From IMG/VR virus record IMGVR_UViG_3300028175_000001: 64,000 bases of DNA. The stretch is one strand, 5' to 3'. The notes beneath the pieces were generated by a model. The model saw only the letters and a program-made list of their open reading frames with translations. It was not told the origin of the DNA and ran no database searches. The translations under genes and the position numbers were made by a program. The first letter of the stretch is position 1. The number at the start of each line of letters is the position of its first letter. The DNA comes from a virus (taxonomy: Duplodnaviria > Caudoviricetes). This document shows, in pieces, positions 1 to 8,853 of this stretch.

Positions 1-1551
1 CGAATGTTGAATTTTCGTTATTAAATATAATCCCGCATAAAAAGAATGTTGTTCGTCTGGATAATAATTTGAAGGATATTTTAATTCTATTATTTCACCT
101 ATAACTCTATTGTGATCACCGGGCACTGTTATTTGCGTTATTATATTACTCAGTTGCCTTGTTTGAGCATAACTTTGTAACAACCACCTCTCAACTTGTT
201 TATCCACTGAAATAGCGCCAATATCATTATTCGTCATAATATTCTGTAATAGTTTTGTGATCATTTTTTCGTTATGTTGAAAATTCGTTGATGCATACTT
301 ATAAAAAGTTTCAGATGTATCCATCCCATAATGCTCATCATTTGTTAATGGATATTTTTCTCCCGTTCTTCCGACATGCCTAAAATCATCGAACTGTTTC
401 CGATAATCATACTCATAATAACTTACTTGATGATTTGCTTTATATAACTTATTAGTTAATCTTTTATCAAAACCGCTTGACGGAATAAATGGTGTAGCAG
501 ACGATTGATTTATAGAACCAATTCGGTGAGTCGTTGGATCATAAGTCAACAATCTTCCAGAATACATTCCTTCAATTAAATTATTTAAAACATTAAAAGT
601 AGATTGTATTTTATATTTTACTACTGTAAGTTCTTTTTGAAGAGGAGTAATTGATAAGGCCTCTACTGGTCTTATTACGTAAGATGACATTGGTACATCA
701 ACTGATGTCGCTTGTGCTGGTTTTGAAACTCTTACAGCATTTTCTGTTCCAATGCCATCTCTACGCAATGTTTTTTGATCATCATAATCTAGACCAGTTT
801 CGTCTAATAATGAATCATCAACTTCAGCCGATGACTGGGTAATTAAAGGATGCAATAAATCAGATAATGATTTAAAATAAAATCCAAATTTATTCTCATA
901 AAATACAAATTTTCCAAAATTTGCACTTTTTTTCCCCTGTTGATTCATTTCGACGTTTGAAGCAACCGATTTTTTAGTAACCATATCTATTGCTTGAAAA
1001 GGTCTTATTGTAGGAAATACAAAATGCATTCCATAAAAAGTTCCATCGGTATCTCCTTTCCGATCAAAAGTTAAATCTTTTTTATGACTAATAAAAGAAT
1101 CTGAACTTATATAATTATCATATACATCTTCAATAATAGTAGAAGCCAAAACAGATTTATAGGATTTTGACACTCTATTTCTCAAATTAGCAATAAACTC
1201 GTCTGAACAAAAATCCAATACATAAAATCTTGTAGGACCGTCTTCTATAGTAGCAGATCTTTTAACAATTGTATATTCAGCATCCCAATCTGGTCCATCC
1301 AATAATTTATTTTTTAACAATATACGTATTTTTTCTTGTCCAATAATAGGAATTCTTTCGTCTAATCCAGCCACATCAAATATTTTTACATCACCGGTTA
1401 TAACATTACTTTCAAATAAAGATTCATTTATTGTAAATCCAGCAATCGCTGAATTATTTTCAGAATCGATTGTGTATGATGCCCCCTTATAATTTATGAA
1501 AGTTATTTTCCAGACCGAATCAGTACTAAAATGAGAATCTACATGTGACAT
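1..1551 (-). CDS. T4-like baseplate hub protein (gp27/late-control-D-like), 3'-truncated by the window edge; missing from the ORF track
   Basis: Manual translation of the segments checked: ATG at 1551 (MSHVDSHFSTDSVWKIT...ITGDVKIFDVAGLDERIPIIGQEKI), 840-661 and 60-1 (FYAGLYLITKIQHS, like the hub C-terminal GxYLITxIxH motif) are open in one frame. Lies directly downstream of gp53. Confidence 0.75.
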   Translation of the reverse strand, partial: MSHVDSHFSTDSVWKITFINYKGASYTIDSENNSAIAGFTINESLFESNVITGDVKIFDVAGLDERIPIIGQEKIRILLKNKLLDGPDWDAEYTIVKRSATIEDGPTRFYVLDFCSDEFIANLRNRVSKSYKSVLASTIIEDVYDNYISSDSFISHKKDLTFDRKGDTDGTFYGMHFVFPTIRPFQAIDMVTKKSVASNVEMNQQGKKSANFGKFVFYENKFGFYFKSLSDLLHPLITQSSAEVDDSLLDETGLDYDDQKTLRRDGIGTENAVRVSKPAQATSVDVPMSSYVIRPVEALSITPLQKELTVVKYKIQSTFNVLNNLIEGMYSGRLLTYDPTTHRIGSINQSSATPFIPSSGFDKRLTNKLYKANHQVSYYEYDYRKQFDDFRHVGRTGEKYPLTNDEHYGMDTSETFYKYASTNFQHNEKMITKLLQNIMTNNDIGAISVDKQVERWLLQSYAQTRQLSNIITQITVPGDHNRVIGEIIELKYPSNYYPDEQHSFYAGLYLITKIQHS

Positions 1552-1563
1552 ATTATATCTTAC

Positions 1564-2142
1564 CTAATTAAAATAAAGGGTTCTTAACTCACTCATAATT
1601 TGCGCAGAATAAGTATTTTCTATTAAAATAATTTCTTTTTTTTCATTATTTTTCATTAATTCATAATCATAATTATATATTATTTTTCTTTCTGAATCAT
1701 CAAGATCATTATATGTTTCTTTATTAATGATTGCAACTTTTTCCAGAATTTTGCCAGTATCCACAGTCGCTTTAGATTCTGTTCTTAATATTTTTTCATA
1801 ATGATGTATACCCGTTCTTGCAGAATCAAGTGAACCATATTTTTCTTCGATAAACAGCGTTAATTCATTTCCAAATAAGGGCCAATCATATAAAGGATCT
1901 AGAATATGATTTGCTAAAAATATTAAATACGTATAATCAGAAGATCCATAATATCGATGAGCTATAATATCAGGCCTTTCGAATTCCTTTATTCTATAAG
2001 GATAATATGAAGAAATATTTTTTAAAATTTTATTATTTATATCTACTCTGGACAACAAATTTGTTGCAAGCGTGGCCCTAATCGGAGTAACTTTATCTAT
2101 ATTATAATAAAATGTTTTATAATTTCTAAAAAATTCTGACAT
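1564..2142 (-). CDS. gp53: Baseplate wedge subunit gp53
   Basis: ERPDIIAHRYYGSSDYTYLIFLANHILDPLYDWPL and IHHYE motifs; synteny. Confidence 0.9.
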   Translation of the reverse strand: MSEFFRNYKTFYYNIDKVTPIRATLATNLLSRVDINNKILKNISSYYPYRIKEFERPDIIAHRYYGSSDYTYLIFLANHILDPLYDWPLFGNELTLFIEEKYGSLDSARTGIHHYEKILRTESKATVDTGKILEKVAIINKETYNDLDDSERKIIYNYDYELMKNNEKKEIILIENTYSAQIMSELRTLYFN

Positions 2143-3239
2143 TAATAGTCCTCCGCATGTGATCTATCTAGAGTAAAGTTTTCTTTGAATTGAAGCTGTA
2201 AATTTATTGATGTCGGTAAACCATTTTCTTCAAAAAATTTAGGTGCATATTTCGCTTTAAGTGATGTTAAAAAAGAATTTCCTATACGATGTAAATATGT
2301 ATTTTTTTCTAAATTACTATAAAATTGAATCCTATATGTATTAGGAAAAGAAAAGAAAGCAGAATTCATTTTGTTTGAAATTTTTAACGTTGTTTTCTTT
2401 TTAGACACTCCCGGATGATGGTCCAATCCTATTGGATCATATGACACTATTTCTTGTTCGGGCTCGACAACATTGGACCCATCTAAACTTAACTGATTTA
2501 ATCCAGGTAACATACCGACTTTTAAATTGGTTATAATTTTCATAAGGGCTTCGGATTCGCTCGCAGATTTAGGATTAAAGTCAAAAGTGAAAGAATGTTG
2601 ACGTAATTTTTTTACTCCTGTAAATATAAGAGATGTATATGGATTTCTCGACTCTCTCATAGACATGGAGGCCACTTGTTCTCCTTTTGCGTGTGAAGGA
2701 GCTAATGCACCAAGAGCAGATGTAATATTAAATTTAATATTATTTGCAAAATCTCCTCTAACACCTTTACTATTATATGGTGAAGCTTGTTGCATAACAT
2801 CTTTACCCATTCTTCCATAAAACTCCATTGATTTTTGTATAAAACCGCTACCAGATCCACTTGAAAAAGTCTCAAAATTTTCTTTTAAGTCTTTTGTTAT
2901 TTGATGAGCATTTTGAGACAATATATCTCCAAAAATACCTAAATCCACATCGGAATAATCTGCGGAATAGTGTGTTTTTAATGAACCAACTGGCAAATGT
3001 AAAACAAAACTTTTACCTCGTATATAATAATCACTTGCCTCATTACCGGAAGTAATTTGTTCAAAATTCATCTGAGCATTAAATGCATCTTTATTTTTAA
3101 TGGGTGGTTTAAATATCAATTCTGATATTACCATAAAATGTTGCAATCCTTTAGTTGTAGCAATACCTTTAGGATATTCGAATCTATTTTCGCCCAATAA
3201 ACTAGTTAAATTGCCGCTGGGATTTTTTGTTATAGCCAT
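2142..3239 (-). CDS. gp48: Baseplate tail-tube cap, gp48-like (copy 1)
   Basis: LHLPxxxLxTxYSADY, RNPYxxLIFxGV, RQHSFTFDFxPKSxxE, FxxPxxYRIQF, PTSINLQLQFKE motifs. Confidence 0.75.
   Translation of the reverse strand: MAITKNPSGNLTSLLGENRFEYPKGIATTKGLQHFMVISELIFKPPIKNKDAFNAQMNFEQITSGNEASDYYIRGKSFVLHLPVGSLKTHYSADYSDVDLGIFGDILSQNAHQITKDLKENFETFSSGSGSGFIQKSMEFYGRMGKDVMQQASPYNSKGVRGDFANNIKFNITSALGALAPSHAKGEQVASMSMRESRNPYTSLIFTGVKKLRQHSFTFDFNPKSASESEALMKIITNLKVGMLPGLNQLSLDGSNVVEPEQEIVSYDPIGLDHHPGVSKKKTTLKISNKMNSAFFSFPNTYRIQFYSNLEKNTYLHRIGNSFLTSLKAKYAPKFFEENGLPTSINLQLQFKENFTLDRSHAEDY
2939..2969. repeat. 31-bp exact direct repeat of 59695-59725
   Basis: CTAAATCCACATCGGAATAATCTGCGGAATA at both sites; both read YSADYSDVDL. 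Confidence 0.9.
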
Positions 3240-3253
3240 TTATCTTTCGCTCT

Positions 3254-4144
3254 TTAATAAGTTTTCCAAGTCAATTTATACATATCACCATAATCCTCAA
3301 TACATCTTTCTCTAGTATAAATTTCAGTTTCTTTAATTGTCACATTTAATGTAGCTGTTAGTGGCGCATTTGTTTCTTTAAAAAAAATAGGATTTTGTGT
3401 TCCTGCAGAATATTCAACTGTAAAATCTTGTATAACCGCGTTCTTAATTGTTACTAGTTTATTCTTATTTTCTTTACTATAATCGTTAGTAGTAGGAAAA
3501 AACGTAATATTAACTTTATCTGGCATTGTTAAAATTCCTGTACTTTGAGAAGACACTTCATCGTCTCGTCTTGTTGTTACTTTTTCAGGTAACATTGCGT
3601 GTTTAAAAGTTTCAATAATTTGTTTTATGGTATTACTTTCATTAGAATTTTTAGGCATTAGCACAAACGAAAAAGAAAAATCTCTAAATCCCACACTATT
3701 AAATACGCTTGTAACATATGGATTTTGTATCGTATTTAACCCCTTTGCTACTCCCGCTTTTAAACCAGGAGTTCCGCTTAACACTACATCTGAAGCTATT
3801 CTGGCAAAAGAGCTTGGGTTAAATGAAGATATTCCTGTTTTTGCAATATTCGATAATCTATCTATGTTTATATTTCCAGCCGCCGCTCCTACTGCAATTG
3901 CACCAGCAACATCAAATTCGGCATTATCATAGGTTACATTAATAGCATCATTTATTTCCGGAAAAGGTAGCACTACACAAGAAGCTATTTTTGAAGCTCC
4001 GTGTTCAATAGTGGCAAATTCAAACATGCAAAATTTCTTTGATTCTGGATCTTTCACAGAAGATCCGAGATTTCTTGGAAATCTGTGAACAGGAATACCT
4101 GTTTTCGCATTAATTAATTGGTTTAACTTAGTGTCTGTGGTCAT
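3254..4144 (-). CDS. Baseplate tail-tube cap/initiator, gp48/gp54-like (copy 2)
   Basis: NPYVTSVFNSVGFRDFSFSFVLMPKNSNES and LNVTIKETEI motifs; paralogous to 2142-3239. Confidence 0.75.
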   Translation of the reverse strand: MTTDTKLNQLINAKTGIPVHRFPRNLGSSVKDPESKKFCMFEFATIEHGASKIASCVVLPFPEINDAINVTYDNAEFDVAGAIAVGAAAGNINIDRLSNIAKTGISSFNPSSFARIASDVVLSGTPGLKAGVAKGLNTIQNPYVTSVFNSVGFRDFSFSFVLMPKNSNESNTIKQIIETFKHAMLPEKVTTRRDDEVSSQSTGILTMPDKVNITFFPTTNDYSKENKNKLVTIKNAVIQDFTVEYSAGTQNPIFFKETNAPLTATLNVTIKETEIYTRERCIEDYGDMYKLTWKTY

Positions 4145-4165
4145 TATTCTCCTTATTATACATAA

Positions 4166-4172
4166 TATTTAG
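4166..4172 (-). promoter_or_regulatory. T4-type late promoter variant CTAAATA, followed by an AAGGAG ribosome-binding site
   Basis: The minus strand reads GCTAAATATTATGTATAATAAGGAGAATAATG into the 4144 start. Confidence 0.5.
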
Positions 4173-4173
4173 C

Positions 4174-4605
4174 ATGAGTTACAAAGGGAAATATAAAATA
4201 AAGAATCTAAAAAAGTATAGGGGAGATCCTACTAAAATAACTTATCGTTCTTTATGGGAAAAAAAATTCATGAATTATTGTGAAGAAAATCCTATGATTA
4301 TTGAATGGTCGAGTGAAGAAATAGTTGTTCGCTATAGGTCTCCTATTGACAAAAAAATACATAGATATTTCCCTGATTTTTGGATTAAGGTAAAAAGAAA
4401 AACTGGTTTAACAGAAAACATTATTATAGAAGTCAAGCCCAAAAAACAAACATCTCCTCCCAAGAAACCCAAAAGAGTTACTAAGAGATATTTATCCGAA
4501 GTATACACCTTTGGTGTTAATGAGGCAAAATGGAATGCGGCTATAGAGTTCTGTAAGATCAGAAAATGGCGATTTGAAATCATTACGGAAGATCATCTTT
4601 TTTAA
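4174..4605 (+). CDS. gp4: Head completion nuclease gp4
   Basis: YKGKY...KYRGDPTKITYRSLWEKKFMNYC...WSSEE...HRYFPDF...IEVKP...NEAKWNAA. Confidence 0.95.
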   Translation: MSYKGKYKIKNLKKYRGDPTKITYRSLWEKKFMNYCEENPMIIEWSSEEIVVRYRSPIDKKIHRYFPDFWIKVKRKTGLTENIIIEVKPKKQTSPPKKPKRVTKRYLSEVYTFGVNEAKWNAAIEFCKIRKWRFEIITEDHLF

Positions 4606-4612
4606 CTAAATA
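4606..4612 (+). promoter_or_regulatory. T4-type late promoter variant CTAAATA upstream of gp2
   Basis: ACTAAATA in the 12-bp gp4-gp2 gap. Confidence 0.45.
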
Positions 4613-4617
4613 TAACT

Positions 4618-5202
4618 ATGGCTCAACAAAATCAAACATTTTTAGATAGATTAAAAAACGCATTGAGAAGGAATGAAGGACAACCAAAAACACGTAACGC
4701 ATCACAATGGTTTCGTAGAAAAGTTGGTGCCCTAAGATCAGAATTGCGAAGTAGATTTAGTGAAGTTGATACAGCAGACGAATTTTATAAAACTGCTAAA
4801 AAATCAGGCACGGGAACAATATTGCCTGGAGCAATGGCGTCCTATTTTTATGATCCAAAGACTAAAGAAAAAATGAAATACTATGATAGATTTCCTTTAG
4901 TCATGTGCGTAAAAATGTATGGTAATGGATTTCTTGGTTTAAATTTTCATTATTTACCCCCATTACTTAGAGCAAAACTGATGGATGCTATTGATCAAAC
5001 TAAAAGCGTAAATTATGAAGCCCTTTCAAAAATTAAAGTGCTTAAACCAACAGTAAAAAGATATTTATATAAACATATTACATCTAGAGTAGTAATTATA
5101 GACGAAGACGAAAAAGAAATTGCATTATTTTTACCAACAGAAAGATTTAAAAAAGAAAACAAACTTGTTGTTTGGGGAGACAGTAGGAGAATGATTAAAT
5201 GA
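4618..5202 (+). CDS. gp2: DNA end protector protein gp2
   Basis: YFYDPKTKEKMKYYDRFPLV...GFLGLNFHYLPPLLRAKL...VKRYL...FLPTERF...VWGDS. Confidence 0.95.
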   Translation: MAQQNQTFLDRLKNALRRNEGQPKTRNASQWFRRKVGALRSELRSRFSEVDTADEFYKTAKKSGTGTILPGAMASYFYDPKTKEKMKYYDRFPLVMCVKMYGNGFLGLNFHYLPPLLRAKLMDAIDQTKSVNYEALSKIKVLKPTVKRYLYKHITSRVVIIDEDEKEIALFLPTERFKKENKLVVWGDSRRMIK

Positions 5203-5756
5203 CTTTAAGCATAGACAAATTTAGAAATACCCTAAATGTCAAGGGCGGTCCTGCGCCAATAAATAGATATGAAGTTTATATTCCGAGAGGTGAAATGAGC
5301 GATTTAACATTTCGTTGCGAACAGGCAGAACTTCCTGGTAAATCCATACTCACAGTTGAAGATAAATTATATGGACCTGTAAGAAAAATTGGGTATGGTC
5401 AAATGTTTATTGATACTACAATGACATTTATTTGTACTGCAGAAGGATGGGAAGAAAAATCATTTTTTGATGATTGGCAAAATCAAATAGTTGATCCTGA
5501 TACGCATGACGCTTCATACTATGAAGATTATACGTCTGATATTTGGCTAAGAACATTTACAGAAGAAAATAAACCATCGTATGGAATAAAATTTGAAGAA
5601 GCATATCCTTTAAATGTGGGAGCGGTAAATATAGGATGGGCGCAAAATAACGAATACGCAAGACTTAGTGTCACGTTCGCATATCGAAAATGGAGCCAAT
5701 TACCAAAACTAGTTCCCTTAGTTCCCTTAGACGTAAATAAAAATAGTTTAACTTAA
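5199..5756 (+). CDS. Tail tube initiator / tube-like protein (gp54/gp19-like)
   Basis: NRYEVYIP, CEQAELPGK, FFDDWQNQI, FEEAYPLNV, LSVTFAYRKW motifs. Confidence 0.8.
   Translation: MTLSIDKFRNTLNVKGGPAPINRYEVYIPRGEMSDLTFRCEQAELPGKSILTVEDKLYGPVRKIGYGQMFIDTTMTFICTAEGWEEKSFFDDWQNQIVDPDTHDASYYEDYTSDIWLRTFTEENKPSYGIKFEEAYPLNVGAVNIGWAQNNEYARLSVTFAYRKWSQLPKLVPLVPLDVNKNSLT
5704..5745. repeat. Copy of 15876-15908 carrying an internal 9-bp duplication
   Basis: CAAAACT(AGTTCCCTT)x2AGACGTAAATAAAAATA versus CAAAACTAGTTCCCTTAGACGTAAATAAAAATA. Confidence 0.9.
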
Positions 5757-5769
5757 GACTGGAGATATA

Positions 5770-6516
5770 ATGAGTTTACCCGTAATTGATGCACCAACGT
5801 TTGAAATGAACCTGTTATCAATAAAAGACACAATAACATATAGACCATTTTTAGTCAAAGAAGAAAAACTTTTATTAATGGCTATGGAAGCAGGAGACCA
5901 GCAAGAAATAATAAAAACTTCAAAACAAATAATTAATAATTGCATTTTATCTGAAAATGTTAATGCTGATAAATTACCATTATTTGATTTACAAATGGCA
6001 TTGTTGAAAATAAGATCAAAATCTGTTGGCGAAGAAATTGAAATAGTGATGAAGCATTTAGATGGAAAAAATAGTAACGAAGAGGAATGTAATGGTTCTA
6101 GTAAAATAAAAATAAATCTTTCTAATTTAAAACTTACTGTACATGATGATCATTCTAAATACGTTAAATTAACAGACACAATTTCAATTGAAATGAAATA
6201 TCCCACCATGTCTGTTTATAATCGTATGTCAGCAATGGATGATGTAGAAAATGCTTCAACTATAAATGAATTATTTAATATTATCATTGATTGTATTGAT
6301 AACATATATTCTGGTGATGAAATTTTTAGTGCAAGCGATCACACAACAGAAGAAATGAACGATTTTATTAATAGCTTAACAAGTGATCAATTTGACAAAC
6401 TTAAAACATTTTTCAATACAATGCCCGTTCTAGTATATGATATTCAATTCACTTGTCCTAAATGCAACTGTTTAGAAAAACAAACTTTAAACGGAGTTGC
6501 CGATTTTTTTTTATAA
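5770..6516 (+). CDS. gp26: Baseplate hub assembly protein gp26
   Basis: MSLPVIDAPTFE...YRPFLVKEEKLLLMA...KIRSKSVGE...MKYPT...FFNTMP...CPKC...GVADFF. Confidence 0.9.
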   Translation: MSLPVIDAPTFEMNLLSIKDTITYRPFLVKEEKLLLMAMEAGDQQEIIKTSKQIINNCILSENVNADKLPLFDLQMALLKIRSKSVGEEIEIVMKHLDGKNSNEEECNGSSKIKINLSNLKLTVHDDHSKYVKLTDTISIEMKYPTMSVYNRMSAMDDVENASTINELFNIIIDCIDNIYSGDEIFSASDHTTEEMNDFINSLTSDQFDKLKTFFNTMPVLVYDIQFTCPKCNCLEKQTLNGVADFFL

Positions 6517-6698
6517 TATGCAGTCATAATAATTTAACAAACTATTATCAATTAACATTTCAGTTAATGCAACATCATAAATACAGCTTAACCGAAATAG
6601 AAAATTTAATACCATTTGAAAGAGACATTTACGTAGAAATGTTAATATTTCATATGGAAGAAGAAAATAAAAAAAATGAAAACCAACAACAAAGGTAA
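6462..6698 (+). CDS. gp51: Baseplate hub assembly catalyst gp51; start uncertain, possibly reached by -1 frameshift from gp26
   Basis: HNNLTNYYQLTFQLMQHHKYSLTEIENLIPFERDIYV is the gp51 signature; no in-frame ATG adjoins the conserved part. Confidence 0.85.
   Translation: MQLFRKTNFKRSCRFFFIICSHNNLTNYYQLTFQLMQHHKYSLTEIENLIPFERDIYVEMLIFHMEEENKKNENQQQR
6504..6513 (+). promoter_or_regulatory. Putative -1 ribosomal frameshift site (T TTT TTT / T TTT TTA)
   Basis: GAT TTT TTT TTA TAA ends gp26; the -1 frame continues into gp51; GGAG at 6493-6496 lies 10 nt upstream of the T TTT TTA heptamer. Confidence 0.55.
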
Positions 6699-6700
6699 TA

Positions 6701-8803
6701 ATGTCTCGTAAACCCCACAATTATGTACATTTTAAAGCACTTGTTAATGAGCTTAAAGAACAGAACGAACATAACTTCGCTAGTTTTCAAACTCATTTAG
6801 AAATACATACTGATGTATTACAGAGTATGAAAGGGATCATACTCAAAGGGGTACAACAAAAAAATGCAATTTTGAAAGAAAAAAATGAAATAACAATTAA
6901 TAATAAAGAGACAAAAATTGATAACCCTAAACCTTCCCTATCAGAGAAGAACAGTGAAGGTATGTCTAACTTGGCAAATGTTTTATCTACTAAACCTTCC
7001 CTATCAGAGAAGAACAGTGAAGGTATGTCTAACTTGGCAAATGTTTTATCTACTACACTTCTGAATACAGCAGTACGGCTAAAAGAACAACTAAATGTAT
7101 TAAATAAGCTGTTTGGATTTTTACAAAGCAAAGACAAAGATGATTTAAGAAGAGATAAAGAGGATCGACTCGAAGTCATTGGCAAAAAAAATAGCATATT
7201 TAAGAATGATAAAACAAAACCCTCCGGAAAAGGATTCATGAGAATGTTGGGAAATTTTTTATCTACTGCACTTATAGGAATACCTGGAGGATTAAGAAAG
7301 TTTTTACCAGCAACACTGGGTCTAGCATTAATTCCCAAATTAGCAAAAGGCATCGCTTTAATGGTCGCAGGCCCCGCATTAATTAAAGCATTAGAAGCAG
7401 GATTTGATCAAAAAACTTTTAGTGGTGGTGTTACATCATTTATAGATACATATTTTGCTCCTGGTGGAAAAGGCTATACATCTTTAGCAATGGCCGCGTC
7501 AGGGGGGGCTGGAAAAGCGGCTATAGTTGGATTTGGATTATTAGGACCAAGAGGAGCGGTGATTGCTGGAGTACTCGGAGGAGCATTATCTGGACTAAAT
7601 CATATTTTTGCAGAAGATAAATCAAAAATGAATTCCAAAAACGTAATGACTAAAGTAAAAGAACACTTGATGGAGAATATAGGACTATATGCTGGTGGTG
7701 GTATGGCATTGATGGGTGCGAGATGGGGAGCAAAAGGAGGTCCTGCGGGAATGATAGCTGGAGCAATTCTTGGAGCAGGTATCGGGATAATAGGAGCAGG
7801 CACTATCAAAGAAATGATGAAAGTAGAAGAAGCAGGAGAAAAAGATGTTGGTAAAGCATTCAAACAAGGCTTAAAAAATTATCTCATGAGTAACGAATTC
7901 GATGGTTCGGCTCTGCCATGGGCGGGGGGATTTTTTGGTGCGGCGGCATTTTCTGGTTTTGGTCCTGCAGGAATGATTGCTGGTATGATATTGGGAGCTG
8001 GTGCTGGAATAATAGGAGGACCCGTTTTAGCAGAAGCATTGAAAGCTCAAAAAGGAGAAGGAGGAAGTCTTGCGGGTCACATGAAAACTCAATTATGGAA
8101 ATATTTGCAAAACAGTACATATCTAAAACACGCTTTATTGGGGGCTGGACTTTTTGGAGGAACCGCAATGCTCGGACTTGGACCAGTAGGATTAGTTGCA
8201 GGTATTGTAATAGGAGGTGCTATAGGAATTATTGCAACATGGGTAGGAAAAGCACTAGAAGATATTATAGGTACAACTGGAGCTAATTCTGTAATGGGCA
8301 AACTCTTTGGGAAAGAAACATCCGGACTGTCCAACAAATATAAGAAGATGCGGGATGCACAGGATGCAGATGAAGAGAATGCATCGACTCATACACTAGG
8401 ACTTTTGAGGGCTGACCCTAAAAGTGGTGTGGGACAGAATGCAAAAAAACTTCTAAAAGCATATGCTATTGCCGCCAAAGAACTGGGTGTTGGAATGGGC
8501 AAATACGATGCATCTGCCGCCGTTCTGGCTTCGAAAAGAGTAAGTACTGGTTTTGTCGGAAAGGTTTCGGGTTCAGACACAGATACTACAAATAAAGAAG
8601 AAGCACAATTTTTACGATTAAATTTTCAGAGGAAAAAAATACTTGAACTGGAAAGAGAAAGAAACGAATCCTTAAAAGTTGGACAGCCTGCTGGGACAAC
8701 GAATATCTACAACGATTCAAGTATGAAACTGAATACAAATGTAACGGCAGACCGTTCATTTACAGGATTCCCTCCGGGCCTATTAGATACCGGGATACAG
8801 TGA
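6701..8803 (+). CDS. gp29-like hub / tape-measure-like protein
   Basis: Follows gp26-gp51; coiled-coil N-terminus; four Gly/Ala-rich hydrophobic repeats (GPxGxIAGxILGAG). Confidence 0.6.
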   Translation: MSRKPHNYVHFKALVNELKEQNEHNFASFQTHLEIHTDVLQSMKGIILKGVQQKNAILKEKNEITINNKETKIDNPKPSLSEKNSEGMSNLANVLSTKPSLSEKNSEGMSNLANVLSTTLLNTAVRLKEQLNVLNKLFGFLQSKDKDDLRRDKEDRLEVIGKKNSIFKNDKTKPSGKGFMRMLGNFLSTALIGIPGGLRKFLPATLGLALIPKLAKGIALMVAGPALIKALEAGFDQKTFSGGVTSFIDTYFAPGGKGYTSLAMAASGGAGKAAIVGFGLLGPRGAVIAGVLGGALSGLNHIFAEDKSKMNSKNVMTKVKEHLMENIGLYAGGGMALMGARWGAKGGPAGMIAGAILGAGIGIIGAGTIKEMMKVEEAGEKDVGKAFKQGLKNYLMSNEFDGSALPWAGGFFGAAAFSGFGPAGMIAGMILGAGAGIIGGPVLAEALKAQKGEGGSLAGHMKTQLWKYLQNSTYLKHALLGAGLFGGTAMLGLGPVGLVAGIVIGGAIGIIATWVGKALEDIIGTTGANSVMGKLFGKETSGLSNKYKKMRDAQDADEENASTHTLGLLRADPKSGVGQNAKKLLKAYAIAAKELGVGMGKYDASAAVLASKRVSTGFVGKVSGSDTDTTNKEEAQFLRLNFQRKKILELERERNESLKVGQPAGTTNIYNDSSMKLNTNVTADRSFTGFPPGLLDTGIQ
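6927..7055 (+). repeat. Perfect in-frame 63-bp tandem duplication (KPSLSEKNSEGMSNLANVLST x2)
   Basis: 6927-6989 is identical to 6990-7052. Confidence 0.95.
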
Positions 8804-8847
8804 TTTTGAGTTTGTTCAATAATGTCAATCAAAGAACAAACTCAAAA
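8804..8847. terminator. Inverted repeat / probable bidirectional terminator between convergent gp29-like and gp32 genes
   Basis: TTTTGAGTTTGTTC (8804-8817), 16-nt loop, GAACAAACTCAAAA (8834-8847); perfect 14-bp arms. Confidence 0.7.
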
Positions 8848-8853
8848 CTATAA

